Assembly: GCA_944381325.1 (NCBI GenBank)
Contig: CALWKS010000005.1
Coordinates: 38,827-102,826, forward strand
DNA length: 64,000 nucleotides
Reading direction: 5' to 3'
DNA from: an uncultured Christensenellaceae bacterium
Lineage (GTDB): Bacteria; Bacillota; Clostridia; Christensenellales; UBA3700
Shown here: positions 18,531-27,635 of the stretch, one piece after another
How the letters are laid out: every line of letters begins with the position of its first letter
How positions within the stretch are numbered: position 1 is the stretch's first letter
Made by a program: the position numbers and the translations under genes
The notes under the pieces: model-generated
Databases searched by the model: none
What the model saw: only the letters and a program-made list of their open reading frames with translations
Told to the model about the DNA's origin: nothing

Positions 18531-19271
18531 ATGTCGGACAAAGAAAACACGCCTGCTCTCAGGCTGGACGATCTTGAATATAAAGGGCTTAAGTTGTGGC
18601 AATATCCGTCGCTGTATTGCTTCACATCTGACGCTGTTCTTCTTGCCAATCTTTCAAAAGTAAAGAGGGGCGATATTGTCGCAGATTTCGGCACAGGTAG
18701 CGGGATAATTTCGATATTGATTGCCGCAAAGACAAACGCAGGAAAAATTTATGCTCTTGAAAAGCAGAGTATAATGTGCGACCTTGCGAGGAAAAATGCG
18801 GAATATAACAACCTTTCAGACAGAATCCAGGTCGTGGAAGGAGATATCTCTGACGCGGACAGATTGCTGGGCAAAGAGAGCGTAAACGTAGTCGTCTGCA
18901 ATCCGCCTTATTTCAGGAAAGGCAGCGGAGCAGAGCGCGGAAGTGAAGAGATTGCGTTGTCGAGACACGAGAGCAGTTGTGATCTCAAAGGCATTATAGA
19001 AAGCGCGTCCTTGGTGCTCAAGTGGGGCGGAGCGTTGTATATGGTTCATAAAGTGGAGCGTATGGCTGAAGCGATAGGTTATATGCAGTCGGCGGCGCTT
19101 GAGGTAAAGAACGTTACTCTCGTTTATCCCAAAGCGGACAAGGCGGCAGACGTGTTTATAGTTGAGGCGCGCAAAAAAGGCGCAAGCGGAATGAAACTCA
19201 AAAGCCTTGTCGTTTACAACGACGACGGAACAATGACAGACGAAGCTAAAAAGCTGTACTCAAAGGAGTAA
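18531..19271 (+). CDS. SAM-dependent N6-adenine methyltransferase, YabB/TrmN6-like (tRNA1(Val) m6A37 family)
   Basis: SAM-binding motif DFGTGSGI and catalytic NPPY (VVCNPPYF). It sits immediately upstream of rsmI, as B. subtilis yabB does upstream of yabC. Confidence 0.75.
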   Translation: MSDKENTPALRLDDLEYKGLKLWQYPSLYCFTSDAVLLANLSKVKRGDIVADFGTGSGIISILIAAKTNAGKIYALEKQSIMCDLARKNAEYNNLSDRIQVVEGDISDADRLLGKESVNVVVCNPPYFRKGSGAERGSEEIALSRHESSCDLKGIIESASLVLKWGGALYMVHKVERMAEAIGYMQSAALEVKNVTLVYPKADKAADVFIVEARKKGASGMKLKSLVVYNDDGTMTDEAKKLYSKE

Positions 19272-19272
19272 G

Positions 19273-20082
19273 ATGGAAAAGGGCAGACTTTATATTGTCG
19301 GTACGCCTATAGGCAACCTGAAAGATATTACGTTAAGGGCGATAGAAACGCTCAAAAGCGTTGACGTCATAGCGTGTGAAGACACCCGTCATACGCTCGG
19401 ACTTTTAACGCATTACGAGATAAGAAAACCTCTTGTAAGTTATTACAAGCCCAAGGAGCGGGAAGGAGCTGAAAAGATACTTTCAAGTCTGAGCGAAGGC
19501 AAGAGCGTCGCATTGGTAACGGATGCGGGTATGCCCTGCATTTCTGACCCGGGCAGCATTCTCGTCAATGAGGCGAGGGAAAGAGGATACGAGGTCGTTT
19601 CAGTGCCCGGACCGACGGCGGTGACAACTGCAATGGCGCTCAGCGGAATTCTGGAGCCCGTGTTTGTTTTTATAGGATTTCTGCCTCCAAAAAAGAAGGA
19701 TAAAAAAGAGCTTTTAAGTCAATATAAGAATATAAAGGCATCTTTGGTTTTCTATTGTTCTCCGCACGATATCAAGGAGGATCTCAAGTGCTTTTTTGAG
19801 ACTCTCGGAGCACGCAGGGTAAGCGTTGTAAGAGAGCTTACAAAGCTTTACGAAAGCGTTGAAGAAGGCGTGCTGGGAGAATTAGAGATAGAGGAAGCGA
19901 GGGGCGAATACGTAGTTATAGTTCACGCTCCCGAAAACATTGAAAAAGAGAAGCCTTCGGGCAGTATCGAAGAACAGGTTGAAGAACTCATCGCAGGCGG
20001 ACTGAGCAAAAAGGACGCGATAAAGCAAGTGGCTAAAAACAACGGACTTCCCAAAGACGAAGTCTACAAAAAATTCGTATAA
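19273..20082 (+). CDS. rsmI: 16S rRNA (cytidine1402-2'-O)-methyltransferase
   Basis: LYIVGTPIGNLKDITLRAIETLKSVDVIACEDTRHT is the RsmI N-terminal signature. Size is 269 aa. Confidence 0.9.
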   Translation: MEKGRLYIVGTPIGNLKDITLRAIETLKSVDVIACEDTRHTLGLLTHYEIRKPLVSYYKPKEREGAEKILSSLSEGKSVALVTDAGMPCISDPGSILVNEARERGYEVVSVPGPTAVTTAMALSGILEPVFVFIGFLPPKKKDKKELLSQYKNIKASLVFYCSPHDIKEDLKCFFETLGARRVSVVRELTKLYESVEEGVLGELEIEEARGEYVVIVHAPENIEKEKPSGSIEEQVEELIAGGLSKKDAIKQVAKNNGLPKDEVYKKFV

Positions 20083-20090
20083 GAGGGATT

Positions 20091-21008
20091 ATGCAGAAGG
20101 CGATAGAGATAAGCGGACTCAAAAAATATTTCGGCGACGTAAAAGCCGTTGACGATATTTCTTTCGACGTGGAAAAGGGCAGTCTTTTTGCGTTTTTGGG
20201 ACTTAACGGAGCAGGCAAAAGCACGACGATAAACATAATCTGCACCCTTCTCAAAAAGGATGAGGGCAAAGTGTTTGTTTCTGGACTTGACATAGATAAA
20301 AATCCCAATGAGATAAGAAAGAGGATAGGCGTTGTTTTTCAGGGCTCAATTCTCGATGAAAAGCTTACCGTATACGACAACCTTTCTGTAAGGGCGGGAT
20401 TTTACGGCGTATACGGCGGCAGATGGAAGAAAAGGCTTGAAGAATTTGACAGCCTTCTCAATATAAAAGAACTTCTTAAAAGACCTTACGGCAAACTTTC
20501 AGGCGGACAAAAGCGCAGAGTCGACGTGGCAAGGGGGCTTATAAATTCGCCCGATATTCTCATTCTCGACGAGCCGACTACGGGACTAGACCCACAGACA
20601 AGAAAGACGGTGTGGGAAGTTGTTGAACGACTCAGGGAAGATACGGGCATGACAGTGTTTCTGACCACGCACTATATGGAAGAAGCCAAAGGCGCGGACG
20701 ACGTGGTTATTCTCGACGCCGGCAAAATTGCCGCGAGAGGTACGCCTGTCGAACTTAAGAACGCGTATTCAAAAGACAGACTTATCGTTTACGGAGAGAA
20801 AAACGCAGAGACGGACAAGGCTTTTGAAAAACTTGACTGCGCATACGAAAACGGCGCTTACAGAATAACGGTGAAGGACGGAGAAGAAGCAAAAAAACTG
20901 CTCAACTCATATTCAGGACTTATAAGCGATTTTGAATTCGTAAAAGGCGATATGGACGACGTTTTCTTAAACGTTACCGGCAAAAAACTTACGGGAGAAG
21001 TGCAATGA
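20091..21008 (+). CDS. ABC transporter ATP-binding protein (ABC-2/DrrA-like exporter)
   Basis: Walker A GLNGAGKST, signature LSGGQKRR, Walker B ILILDEPTTGLD. Confidence 0.85.
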   Translation: MQKAIEISGLKKYFGDVKAVDDISFDVEKGSLFAFLGLNGAGKSTTINIICTLLKKDEGKVFVSGLDIDKNPNEIRKRIGVVFQGSILDEKLTVYDNLSVRAGFYGVYGGRWKKRLEEFDSLLNIKELLKRPYGKLSGGQKRRVDVARGLINSPDILILDEPTTGLDPQTRKTVWEVVERLREDTGMTVFLTTHYMEEAKGADDVVILDAGKIAARGTPVELKNAYSKDRLIVYGEKNAETDKAFEKLDCAYENGAYRITVKDGEEAKKLLNSYSGLISDFEFVKGDMDDVFLNVTGKKLTGEVQ

Positions 21009-21940
21009 ACGTTCAGAAGATTAAAAACGGCGCTGTCACTTTGTCTCAGCTTGTGGCGCGCAGCCTGAAGATATTTTTAAAAGACAAGATAAGCGTGTTT
21101 TTCTCATTGCTTGCGCCGCTTATAGTGCTTGTGCTTTATGTTCTTTTTCTGGGAGACCTTCAGATGGACGGTATAAAATCAGCTTTCGAAGGTGCGCCTA
21201 TCGACGAAAAACTGCTTAAGAATTTTGTGGATTCATGGATGCTTGCAGGCGTTGTTTCTGTGGCTTGCGTAACGGTTTCGTTTTCTGCTCAGAGCATAAT
21301 GATACAAGACAAGGAGAAGGGCGTGCTTAACGATATGCTGGCTTCGCCGGTAGCGCGCGGTATAATCGACGCGGGTTATCTGATATCCAATTTTGTGGTT
21401 ACGCTTTGTATCTGCCTGATAGTGCTTGCCGTTGCGTTCATATATATGGCGATAGCAGGCTGGACACTTTCTTTTGTCGACGTCATGCTTCTGATCGCGC
21501 TTACGGTAATGTCAGTGCTTTCGGCAAGCATACTTTCAACGCTAGTCTGTTCAGCTATGAAGACCAACAGTCAGCACAGTGCGTTTGTGGGCATAATCAG
21601 CGCTGTGATCGGGTTTATTATGGGCGCTTTCATGCCACTCAATATGTTCCCTGAAGCGGTGCAGTATATTACTCTTTTCGTGCCTTCGACTTATTCTGCC
21701 GCTCTTTACCGCAATCTGTTTATGCGCGGCGCGCTGGATAAGATAGACGCAGTGCTCCCGGGTGCTGGAGACGGACTCAGCGAATCTTTTTCAATGCAGC
21801 TGAATTTCTTCGGCAAGACGATCGAGGCGGATATTCAGACTGTGATCTTTGCGGCGTTTATAGTCATCACTCTTGCCGTATGGGTCGGCATCGCTGTTGC
21901 GCGTGCCGTTAGAAGAAAAAAGGCGGGATCGCACAATTAA
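21005..21940 (+). CDS. ABC-2 type transporter permease
   Basis: ATGA overlap with the upstream ATPase gene. Six predicted TM segments. Confidence 0.75.
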   Translation: MNVQKIKNGAVTLSQLVARSLKIFLKDKISVFFSLLAPLIVLVLYVLFLGDLQMDGIKSAFEGAPIDEKLLKNFVDSWMLAGVVSVACVTVSFSAQSIMIQDKEKGVLNDMLASPVARGIIDAGYLISNFVVTLCICLIVLAVAFIYMAIAGWTLSFVDVMLLIALTVMSVLSASILSTLVCSAMKTNSQHSAFVGIISAVIGFIMGAFMPLNMFPEAVQYITLFVPSTYSAALYRNLFMRGALDKIDAVLPGAGDGLSESFSMQLNFFGKTIEADIQTVIFAAFIVITLAVWVGIAVARAVRRKKAGSHN

Positions 21941-22027
21941 AAACAGAAATAAATATAATCATTCAAAGACGCTCTCGATACAGAGCGTTTTATTGTAAAT
22001 TACAACCGCATAAAGAATAAGGAATTA

Positions 22028-22534
22028 TTAGATAAACCTGCAAAGCAGACAGGCGAATATCGCGCCGAGGTAGCAAGAGAACAGAGATACAGGAATAGCG
22101 TATCTCAGCTTTTTGACTTTGGTTGTTGAAAAATACACGGTTGCAATGTAAAACACTGTCTCGCTTGCGCCGACGATAACAGAGCCGCACCGCGCTATAT
22201 AGCTGTCTGCTCCGTAAGTTTTATATATGTTTTCGAGAATGGCAATAGAGCCGTTGCCTGAAAGAGGACGGATCACGACAAGTTCGCACAGCTCTGTAGG
22301 AATGCCGAGAAGATTGAAGAGAGGCGCAAGAAAACGACTGAAATAAGCGTTGAGTCCGCTCAGGGAAAAAAGCTCTACGGCGATGAGCACGGCGCATATG
22401 TAAGGGAAGATCTCGAGTATGAGTTTCACGCTCTGACGGCTGCCTTCGACAAAGCTGTCGTAAACGCCTGTTCTTTTTACGTAGCCGATTATAATAACTA
22501 CGATAATAAACACGGGCAGGATAAACTGACTCAC
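22028..22534 (-). CDS. spmB: Spore maturation protein B-like nucleoside-recognition membrane protein
   Basis: 168-aa membrane protein, translationally coupled downstream of the spmA-like gene. Size and pairing are typical of spmAB. Confidence 0.65.
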   Translation of the reverse strand: MSQFILPVFIIVVIIIGYVKRTGVYDSFVEGSRQSVKLILEIFPYICAVLIAVELFSLSGLNAYFSRFLAPLFNLLGIPTELCELVVIRPLSGNGSIAILENIYKTYGADSYIARCGSVIVGASETVFYIATVYFSTTKVKKLRYAIPVSLFSCYLGAIFACLLCRFI

Positions 22535-23145
22535 TTCAACTTTGCTCCTTTAAGCGGTTCGGGAAGAGAAACGGGCTCTTTTTTCTTGCCTTTGGAAGGC
22601 AGTGAAAAGACCTTTGCTAGCAGCACTCCGCAGACGGTGGAAATAAGCGTTGCGAGAAGCGAAGGAAGTATTATGTCGGACGCGCTTGCAGAACCGTATG
22701 AAGCGCGCAGACCTATTATCGTTGCCGGCAGCAGCTGAATGCTGGTTGCGTTTATGACCATAAACAGGATCATATTGTCAGTGGCTTTTTCAGATCCGTC
22801 CTGCATGCCTTCCATAGCCTTTATTCCGAGAGGTGTCGCAGCGCTGCCCATACCAAGAAGATTTGCGGAAAAATTAAGAGTGATAAACTCTCTCGTTTTT
22901 TCGCTTTCGCCTTTGAAAAGCCTTTTGGTGATCGGAGAAAACAGTCTGTCCAGAGCACGGCTCATGCCGATTTTCTGCATTATGTCCAGCACAGACAGCC
23001 ATATCGCGTATATCGCGCACAGCTTGAATGCAAGGGAAATAGCGTTGTTTGCTCCGCTTATCATTATCGAAAACGCGCTGTCGGGCGATACCACGGTAAG
23101 CAGTATCAGAGAAGCGACCGTCATTATGAAAAACATTGTGTTCAT
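22531..23145 (-). CDS. spmA: Spore maturation protein A-like nucleoside-recognition membrane protein
   Basis: The motif LLGMGSAATPLGIKAME matches the conserved SpmA segment G(N/S)AATPLGIKAME. Size is 204 aa. Confidence 0.7.
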   Translation of the reverse strand: MNTMFFIMTVASLILLTVVSPDSAFSIMISGANNAISLAFKLCAIYAIWLSVLDIMQKIGMSRALDRLFSPITKRLFKGESEKTREFITLNFSANLLGMGSAATPLGIKAMEGMQDGSEKATDNMILFMVINATSIQLLPATIIGLRASYGSASASDIILPSLLATLISTVCGVLLAKVFSLPSKGKKKEPVSLPEPLKGAKLK

Positions 23146-23302
23146 AGCTTGCCTCGCTTAGAGTTTATTAAGATAAGTGCGCCGATATGCGCTTTTCTGC
23201 GTTTTTGCGCCTGCTATATTTGCGTGCGCAGGCAAGAATTTGTTTTACTTTTTTAAACGCTCGCGCTATAATAGGAAAGATAAAAACCTAAAGAGGTGTG
23301 GC

Positions 23303-25258
23303 ATGAAAGAAAAATATTACATCACGACCGCAATAGCTTATACTTCGGCAAAACCGCATATAGGCAATACGTATGAGATAGTGCTTGCAGACCTTCTGGC
23401 GCGTTTCAAGCGCAAGCAGGGCTACGACGTCCGTCTGCAGACGGGTACCGACGAGCACGGCGAAAAGATACAACAGAAAGCAGAAGCCGCAGGCATGACT
23501 CCCAAAGAGTACGTCGACAAGACGGCGGCTGAGATAAAGCGCATCTGGGATCTTATGAACTCCAGTTACGACAAGTTTATCCGCACTACCGACGAATATC
23601 ATGAAAAGCAGGTGCAGAAGATATTCGAAAGACTTCTTGAGCAGGGCGATATTTACAAAGGCGAATACAAGGGCTGGTATTGCACTCCTTGCGAATCCTT
23701 CTGGACAGAAAGCCAGCTTGTAGACGGCAAATGCCCTGACTGCGGCAGAGAGGTCAAGCTTGCAAAGGAAGAGGCTTACTTCTTCAGAATGAGCAAGTAT
23801 GCCGATAAGCTTATGAAGTATTACGAGGAGCATCCTGACTTTATCGTGCCCGTATCACGCAAGAACGAGATGGTCAACAACTTCCTCAAGCCCGGTCTTC
23901 AGGACCTTTGCATAAGCCGTACTTCGTTCTCCTGGGGTATTCCTGTAAAGAGCGACCCGCGCCACGTCGTTTACGTATGGCTGGACGCGCTGACCAACTA
24001 TATTACGGGTCTCGGATATGATGCTGACGGCAACAGCAGCGAGATGTACAAAAAATACTGGCCGGCTGACGTGCACGTTATAGGAAAGGATATCGTGCGT
24101 TTCCATACCATTTACTGGCCTATTTTCCTGATGGCTCTCGGAGAGCCGCTCCCCAAGCAGATATACGGTCATCCGTGGCTTCTTCAGGACGGCGGTAAAA
24201 TGAGCAAGTCAAAGGGCAACGTTATTTATGCGGACGACCTCGTAGATGTCTTCGGCGTAGATCCCGTAAGATATTTCCTGCTTGCACAGATGCCTTTCGA
24301 CAACGACGGACAGGTTTCATGGGAAGCGGTGTGTGAAACCGTGAACAGCGAGCTTGCAAACATTTACGGCAACCTGGTAAAGCGCACGCTTGCAATGAAC
24401 AACAAATATTTCGGCGGCGTCGTTGAGGATAAGGGCGCAAGAGAGGACGTTGACGACGACCTCAAGGCGACGGTAACTGCTATGTATGGCAAGGTTGCCG
24501 CGAAGATAGACGCATACAGAGTTGCAGACGCGGTAGAGGACATTATGAATATGTTCCGCCGTGCAAACAAGTATATCGACGAAACCGCTCCCTGGGCGCT
24601 GGCAAAGGACGAGAGCAAAAAGGACAGACTGGCTACCGTGCTTTACAATCTGACAGAGACGATCATAATCGGTTCTTCTGTGCTTACTTGCTTTATGCCC
24701 ACCCTTGCAGAGAAGGTGCTTGAACAGTGTTCTTCAAAGTGCAGAGACTTTGCCGATCTCGACAAGTTCGGTCTGCTTGAGAACGGAACAAAGACTGCTG
24801 AAAATCCTGAAACTCTGTTCGAGAGACTTGACGTTAAGGCGGTAACCGAAAAGGTTAACAAGATGTATGAAGAGAGAAACGCTGCAAAGGCGCAGCCCGC
24901 TCCTAAGAAAGAGGAAAGTTCCGTCCCCGCAGAGATCACTATAGACGACTTTGCAAAGGTGCAGCTTAAGGTGGGCAAAGTCCTTGAGTGCCGCAAGGTT
25001 GAAAAAGCGGACAAACTGCTTTGCTCCACTATAGACCTCGGAGAGGAAAAGCCTCGCACTATCGTCAGCGGCATAGCAAAGTGGTACACTCCTGAAGAGA
25101 TGGTGGGCAAGCAGGTCGTTGTTGTTGCAAACCTCAAGCCTGTCAAACTGCGCGGAATTCTCAGTGAGGGAATGGTGCTTTGTGCCGAAGACAGCGAGGG
25201 CAACCTCAAGCTTGTTGCGCCGGAAGCGGCAATCGCGGCAGGCAGTGAAATAAGATGA
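23303..25258 (+). CDS. metG: Methionine--tRNA ligase with C-terminal EMAP/Trbp111 tRNA-binding domain
   Basis: Start at 23303 (RBS AAGAGG) is preferred to 23177. HIGN motif (AKPHIGNTYE), KMSKS, and Zn knuckles CTPCE / CPDCG. The C-terminal domain includes VGKVLECRKVEKADKLL. Confidence 0.92.
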   Translation: MKEKYYITTAIAYTSAKPHIGNTYEIVLADLLARFKRKQGYDVRLQTGTDEHGEKIQQKAEAAGMTPKEYVDKTAAEIKRIWDLMNSSYDKFIRTTDEYHEKQVQKIFERLLEQGDIYKGEYKGWYCTPCESFWTESQLVDGKCPDCGREVKLAKEEAYFFRMSKYADKLMKYYEEHPDFIVPVSRKNEMVNNFLKPGLQDLCISRTSFSWGIPVKSDPRHVVYVWLDALTNYITGLGYDADGNSSEMYKKYWPADVHVIGKDIVRFHTIYWPIFLMALGEPLPKQIYGHPWLLQDGGKMSKSKGNVIYADDLVDVFGVDPVRYFLLAQMPFDNDGQVSWEAVCETVNSELANIYGNLVKRTLAMNNKYFGGVVEDKGAREDVDDDLKATVTAMYGKVAAKIDAYRVADAVEDIMNMFRRANKYIDETAPWALAKDESKKDRLATVLYNLTETIIIGSSVLTCFMPTLAEKVLEQCSSKCRDFADLDKFGLLENGTKTAENPETLFERLDVKAVTEKVNKMYEERNAAKAQPAPKKEESSVPAEITIDDFAKVQLKVGKVLECRKVEKADKLLCSTIDLGEEKPRTIVSGIAKWYTPEEMVGKQVVVVANLKPVKLRGILSEGMVLCAEDSEGNLKLVAPEAAIAAGSEIR

Positions 25259-26031
25259 TAATAGACTCTCACGCACATATAACTGAAGAAACTCTGAGAG
25301 CCGAAGCTCCGCGCATAATAGCCGATCTGAAAAATGACGGCTTGTGCGCGATGATAGAGGTGGGGTGCGACTACGACACGTCCAAAGACGCTGTAGAGCT
25401 TGCAGAAAAAAACGACAACGTTTTCGCATTGGTAGGCACTCACCCCGAGTTTTCTGCCGTTTACGGAGATAAGGAAAGAGAGTTTTATCTCAATGCGGCA
25501 AAGCATCCCAAGGTGGTCGGTATAGGCGAGATAGGACTTGACTATTACTATGAGACCCCTGAAAGGGAGATACAGAAGCGCGCTTTCGCAGCTCAACTCG
25601 AACTTGCGCACGAAGCGAAACTTCCCGTATCCTTGCATATCCGCGACGCTTACGGCGACCTTATAAACATTTTGAAAGAAAACCGCCGCTATCTGCAACA
25701 CGGGATGCTGATGCACTGTTACTGCGGCAGCAAAGAGTTTGTCAAAGAACTTGCGCCGTTTGACAGTTATTTTGCTTTCGGCGGAGTAGTTACTTTCAAG
25801 AACGCGAAAAAGGACGACATACTTCGCGCCGTACCCAAAGACAGACTGATCGTAGAAACCGATTGCCCGTATATGACGCCCGTGCCTTTCAGAGGGAAGC
25901 GCAACGAGCCAAAGTATGCGGTTTACACGGCAAAGTACATTGCGGACGTGTTGGGTATGGAATACGATAAATTTGCGGAAATTACGGTGAAGAATACGCT
26001 TACGTTGTTTCCGAAGATGAGGATCGAATAA
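25255..26031 (+). CDS. tatD: TatD-family metal-dependent hydrolase/DNase
   Basis: ATGA overlap with metG. IDSHAHI, GEIGLDYYY, SLHIRDA, VETDCPYM. Confidence 0.85.
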   Translation: MIIDSHAHITEETLRAEAPRIIADLKNDGLCAMIEVGCDYDTSKDAVELAEKNDNVFALVGTHPEFSAVYGDKEREFYLNAAKHPKVVGIGEIGLDYYYETPEREIQKRAFAAQLELAHEAKLPVSLHIRDAYGDLINILKENRRYLQHGMLMHCYCGSKEFVKELAPFDSYFAFGGVVTFKNAKKDDILRAVPKDRLIVETDCPYMTPVPFRGKRNEPKYAVYTAKYIADVLGMEYDKFAEITVKNTLTLFPKMRIE

Positions 26032-26032
26032 T

Positions 26033-26653
26033 ATGGCTAAGCAATACGTTTACGAAATAGGCGGCAATTTGTATGCCAATCTTACAAACAGGTGCTCGAA
26101 CGCCTGCACTTTCTGTGTGCGCAACTACGATACAGACCGCAAAAAACCGCACGGCTACGAAGGTTACGATCTGTGGCTGGACAAAGAGCCGACGGCTGAA
26201 GAGGTCATCGCCGCTCTCGACAAATACAATCTTGCAAAATACAAAGAACTGGTGTTCTGCGGTTACGGAGAGCCGACGTACCGTTTCGACGTCCTTGAAG
26301 AGGTTGCCGCATACGCGCACAAAAAAGGTCTGCGCACCCGCATCAATACCAACGGTCAGGGCAACGCCATTCAGGGTAAGGATATAAGCGAAAGACTTTG
26401 CAAGGCGATCGACGTCATAGGCATAAGTCTCAATGAGGTAACCCCTGAAAAATACGACGCTATCTGCCGCAGCATATTCGGCAAAAAAGCATTTGATATT
26501 ATGCTTGATTTTGCGCGCCTGTGTGTGTCTCACGGCGGAAACGTTATCTTCTCGGTCGTTGATTGCATAGGCAAAGAGGATATTGAAAAAGCTGAAGAAA
26601 TCGCAAAGTCAGTCGGAGCAAAACTGCGCGTAAGGGAAATGATAGATGAGTGA
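26033..26653 (+). CDS. Small radical SAM protein (TatD-associated radical SAM family)
   Basis: CX3CX2C cluster in NLTNRCSNACTFCVRN. About 200 aa. Wedged between tatD and rsmA with 1-nt and 8-nt junctions. Confidence 0.75.
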   Translation: MAKQYVYEIGGNLYANLTNRCSNACTFCVRNYDTDRKKPHGYEGYDLWLDKEPTAEEVIAALDKYNLAKYKELVFCGYGEPTYRFDVLEEVAAYAHKKGLRTRINTNGQGNAIQGKDISERLCKAIDVIGISLNEVTPEKYDAICRSIFGKKAFDIMLDFARLCVSHGGNVIFSVVDCIGKEDIEKAEEIAKSVGAKLRVREMIDE

Positions 26654-27464
26654 GATAAGAGAAGTCCTTGCAAAGAACGCTTTTAAGTTCAACAAGCGTT
26701 TCGGACAGAATTTCATTACCGATACAAATCTTCTTGACGCTATCGTGTCGGACGCTGAAATAGGCAAAGACGACGTGGTGCTTGAGATAGGACCGGGAGC
26801 AGGCACTCTTACCGCAAGGCTCGCGCGCGCGGCAGGCAAGGTCGTAGCTTACGAGATAGACGAAAATCTTCGTCCCGTACTCAGTGAAACTCTTGAGGAC
26901 AGCAAGAATGCCGAAGTCGTTTTCAAAGACGTTGCTAAGGCAAAGGACGAAGAGATCCTTGAAAAGGTCGGCACAAAGTACAAGCTGGTAGCAAATCTTC
27001 CTTATTACATCACCACTCCCGTTATTATGCGTTTCATAGAGTGCGAAAATAAGCCTGAAAGCATTACCGTAATGGTGCAGAAAGAGGTCGGAGACAGACT
27101 TGTGGCAAAGGCAGGCAGTGCGGAGTACGGCGCAATAACGGCGGCGGTAAGACTCGAAGGAGACGCTGAGATCACAAGAATAGTAAACCGCAGAATGTTT
27201 TATCCAGTGCCCAACGTGGACAGCTGTGTGGTAACTATAAAGATGAATGACCGTTACGACAGCGAAGACAAGCAGAAAGTTAAAAAGCTGATACGCGCGG
27301 CATTCGCAATGAGAAGGAAAACTCTTGCCAACAATCTTTCTTCCATGCTCGGGATAAGCAAAGAAAACGCCGCAAAGGCTATAGAAAACGCAGGGTTCAG
27401 CGCAGACATAAGAGGTGAAACTCTTGATGTCGACGACTTCGTTAATCTGAGCAAATTTATCTGA
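26646..27464 (+). CDS. rsmA: 16S rRNA (adenine1518/1519-N6)-dimethyltransferase
   Basis: KRFGQNFITD, LEIGPGAGTLT, ANLPYYITTP. Confidence 0.9.
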   Translation: MSEIREVLAKNAFKFNKRFGQNFITDTNLLDAIVSDAEIGKDDVVLEIGPGAGTLTARLARAAGKVVAYEIDENLRPVLSETLEDSKNAEVVFKDVAKAKDEEILEKVGTKYKLVANLPYYITTPVIMRFIECENKPESITVMVQKEVGDRLVAKAGSAEYGAITAAVRLEGDAEITRIVNRRMFYPVPNVDSCVVTIKMNDRYDSEDKQKVKKLIRAAFAMRRKTLANNLSSMLGISKENAAKAIENAGFSADIRGETLDVDDFVNLSKFI

Positions 27465-27500
27465 CCCGTGTCGATTAAATTAAAAAACAACATTGAATCT

Positions 27501-27525
27501 GCCGTCTGTTATGACGGCTTTTTTA
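27501..27525 (+). terminator. Rho-independent terminator of the metG-tatD-rSAM-rsmA operon
   Basis: gccgtc-tgttat-gacggc followed by TTTTTT. Confidence 0.6.
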
Positions 27526-27635
27526 TTGCCGTAAAATGCAAAAAAATGTCGTTTTGCCGCGATTTTTGCGCGGCGTTATACCTCGGCAAAATGCCGCATA
27601 TATTATGACGACGAGAAAAAGCGGAGGTAAACGAA

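Noticed and set aside
23146-23302. T-box leaders upstream of metG, and likewise upstream of alaS at 33541-33557
   Set aside because: The metG upstream region is only ~157 nt, is shared with the divergent spmA promoter, and shows no T-box sequence or specifier/terminator architecture. The gap upstream of alaS is 17 nt.
24643-25716. Very long antisense ORFs. These are 357 aa opposite metG/tatD, 356 aa at 40416-41486 opposite carB, 377 aa at 48332-49465 opposite the sialidase, and 361+378 aa at 60079-62288 opposite oppF/DUF3899/tldD. Others include 8320-9054, 50346-51143 and 52272-53096.
   Set aside because: Each lies fully opposite a gene with unmistakable family motifs. Their translations are V/F/R/S/A-rich with no recognisable motifs, and they lack RBSs. 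One even runs across two intergenic regions. They are best explained as shadow ORFs: the sense codon bias avoids TTA/CTA/TCA, so stops are rare in the complementary frame.
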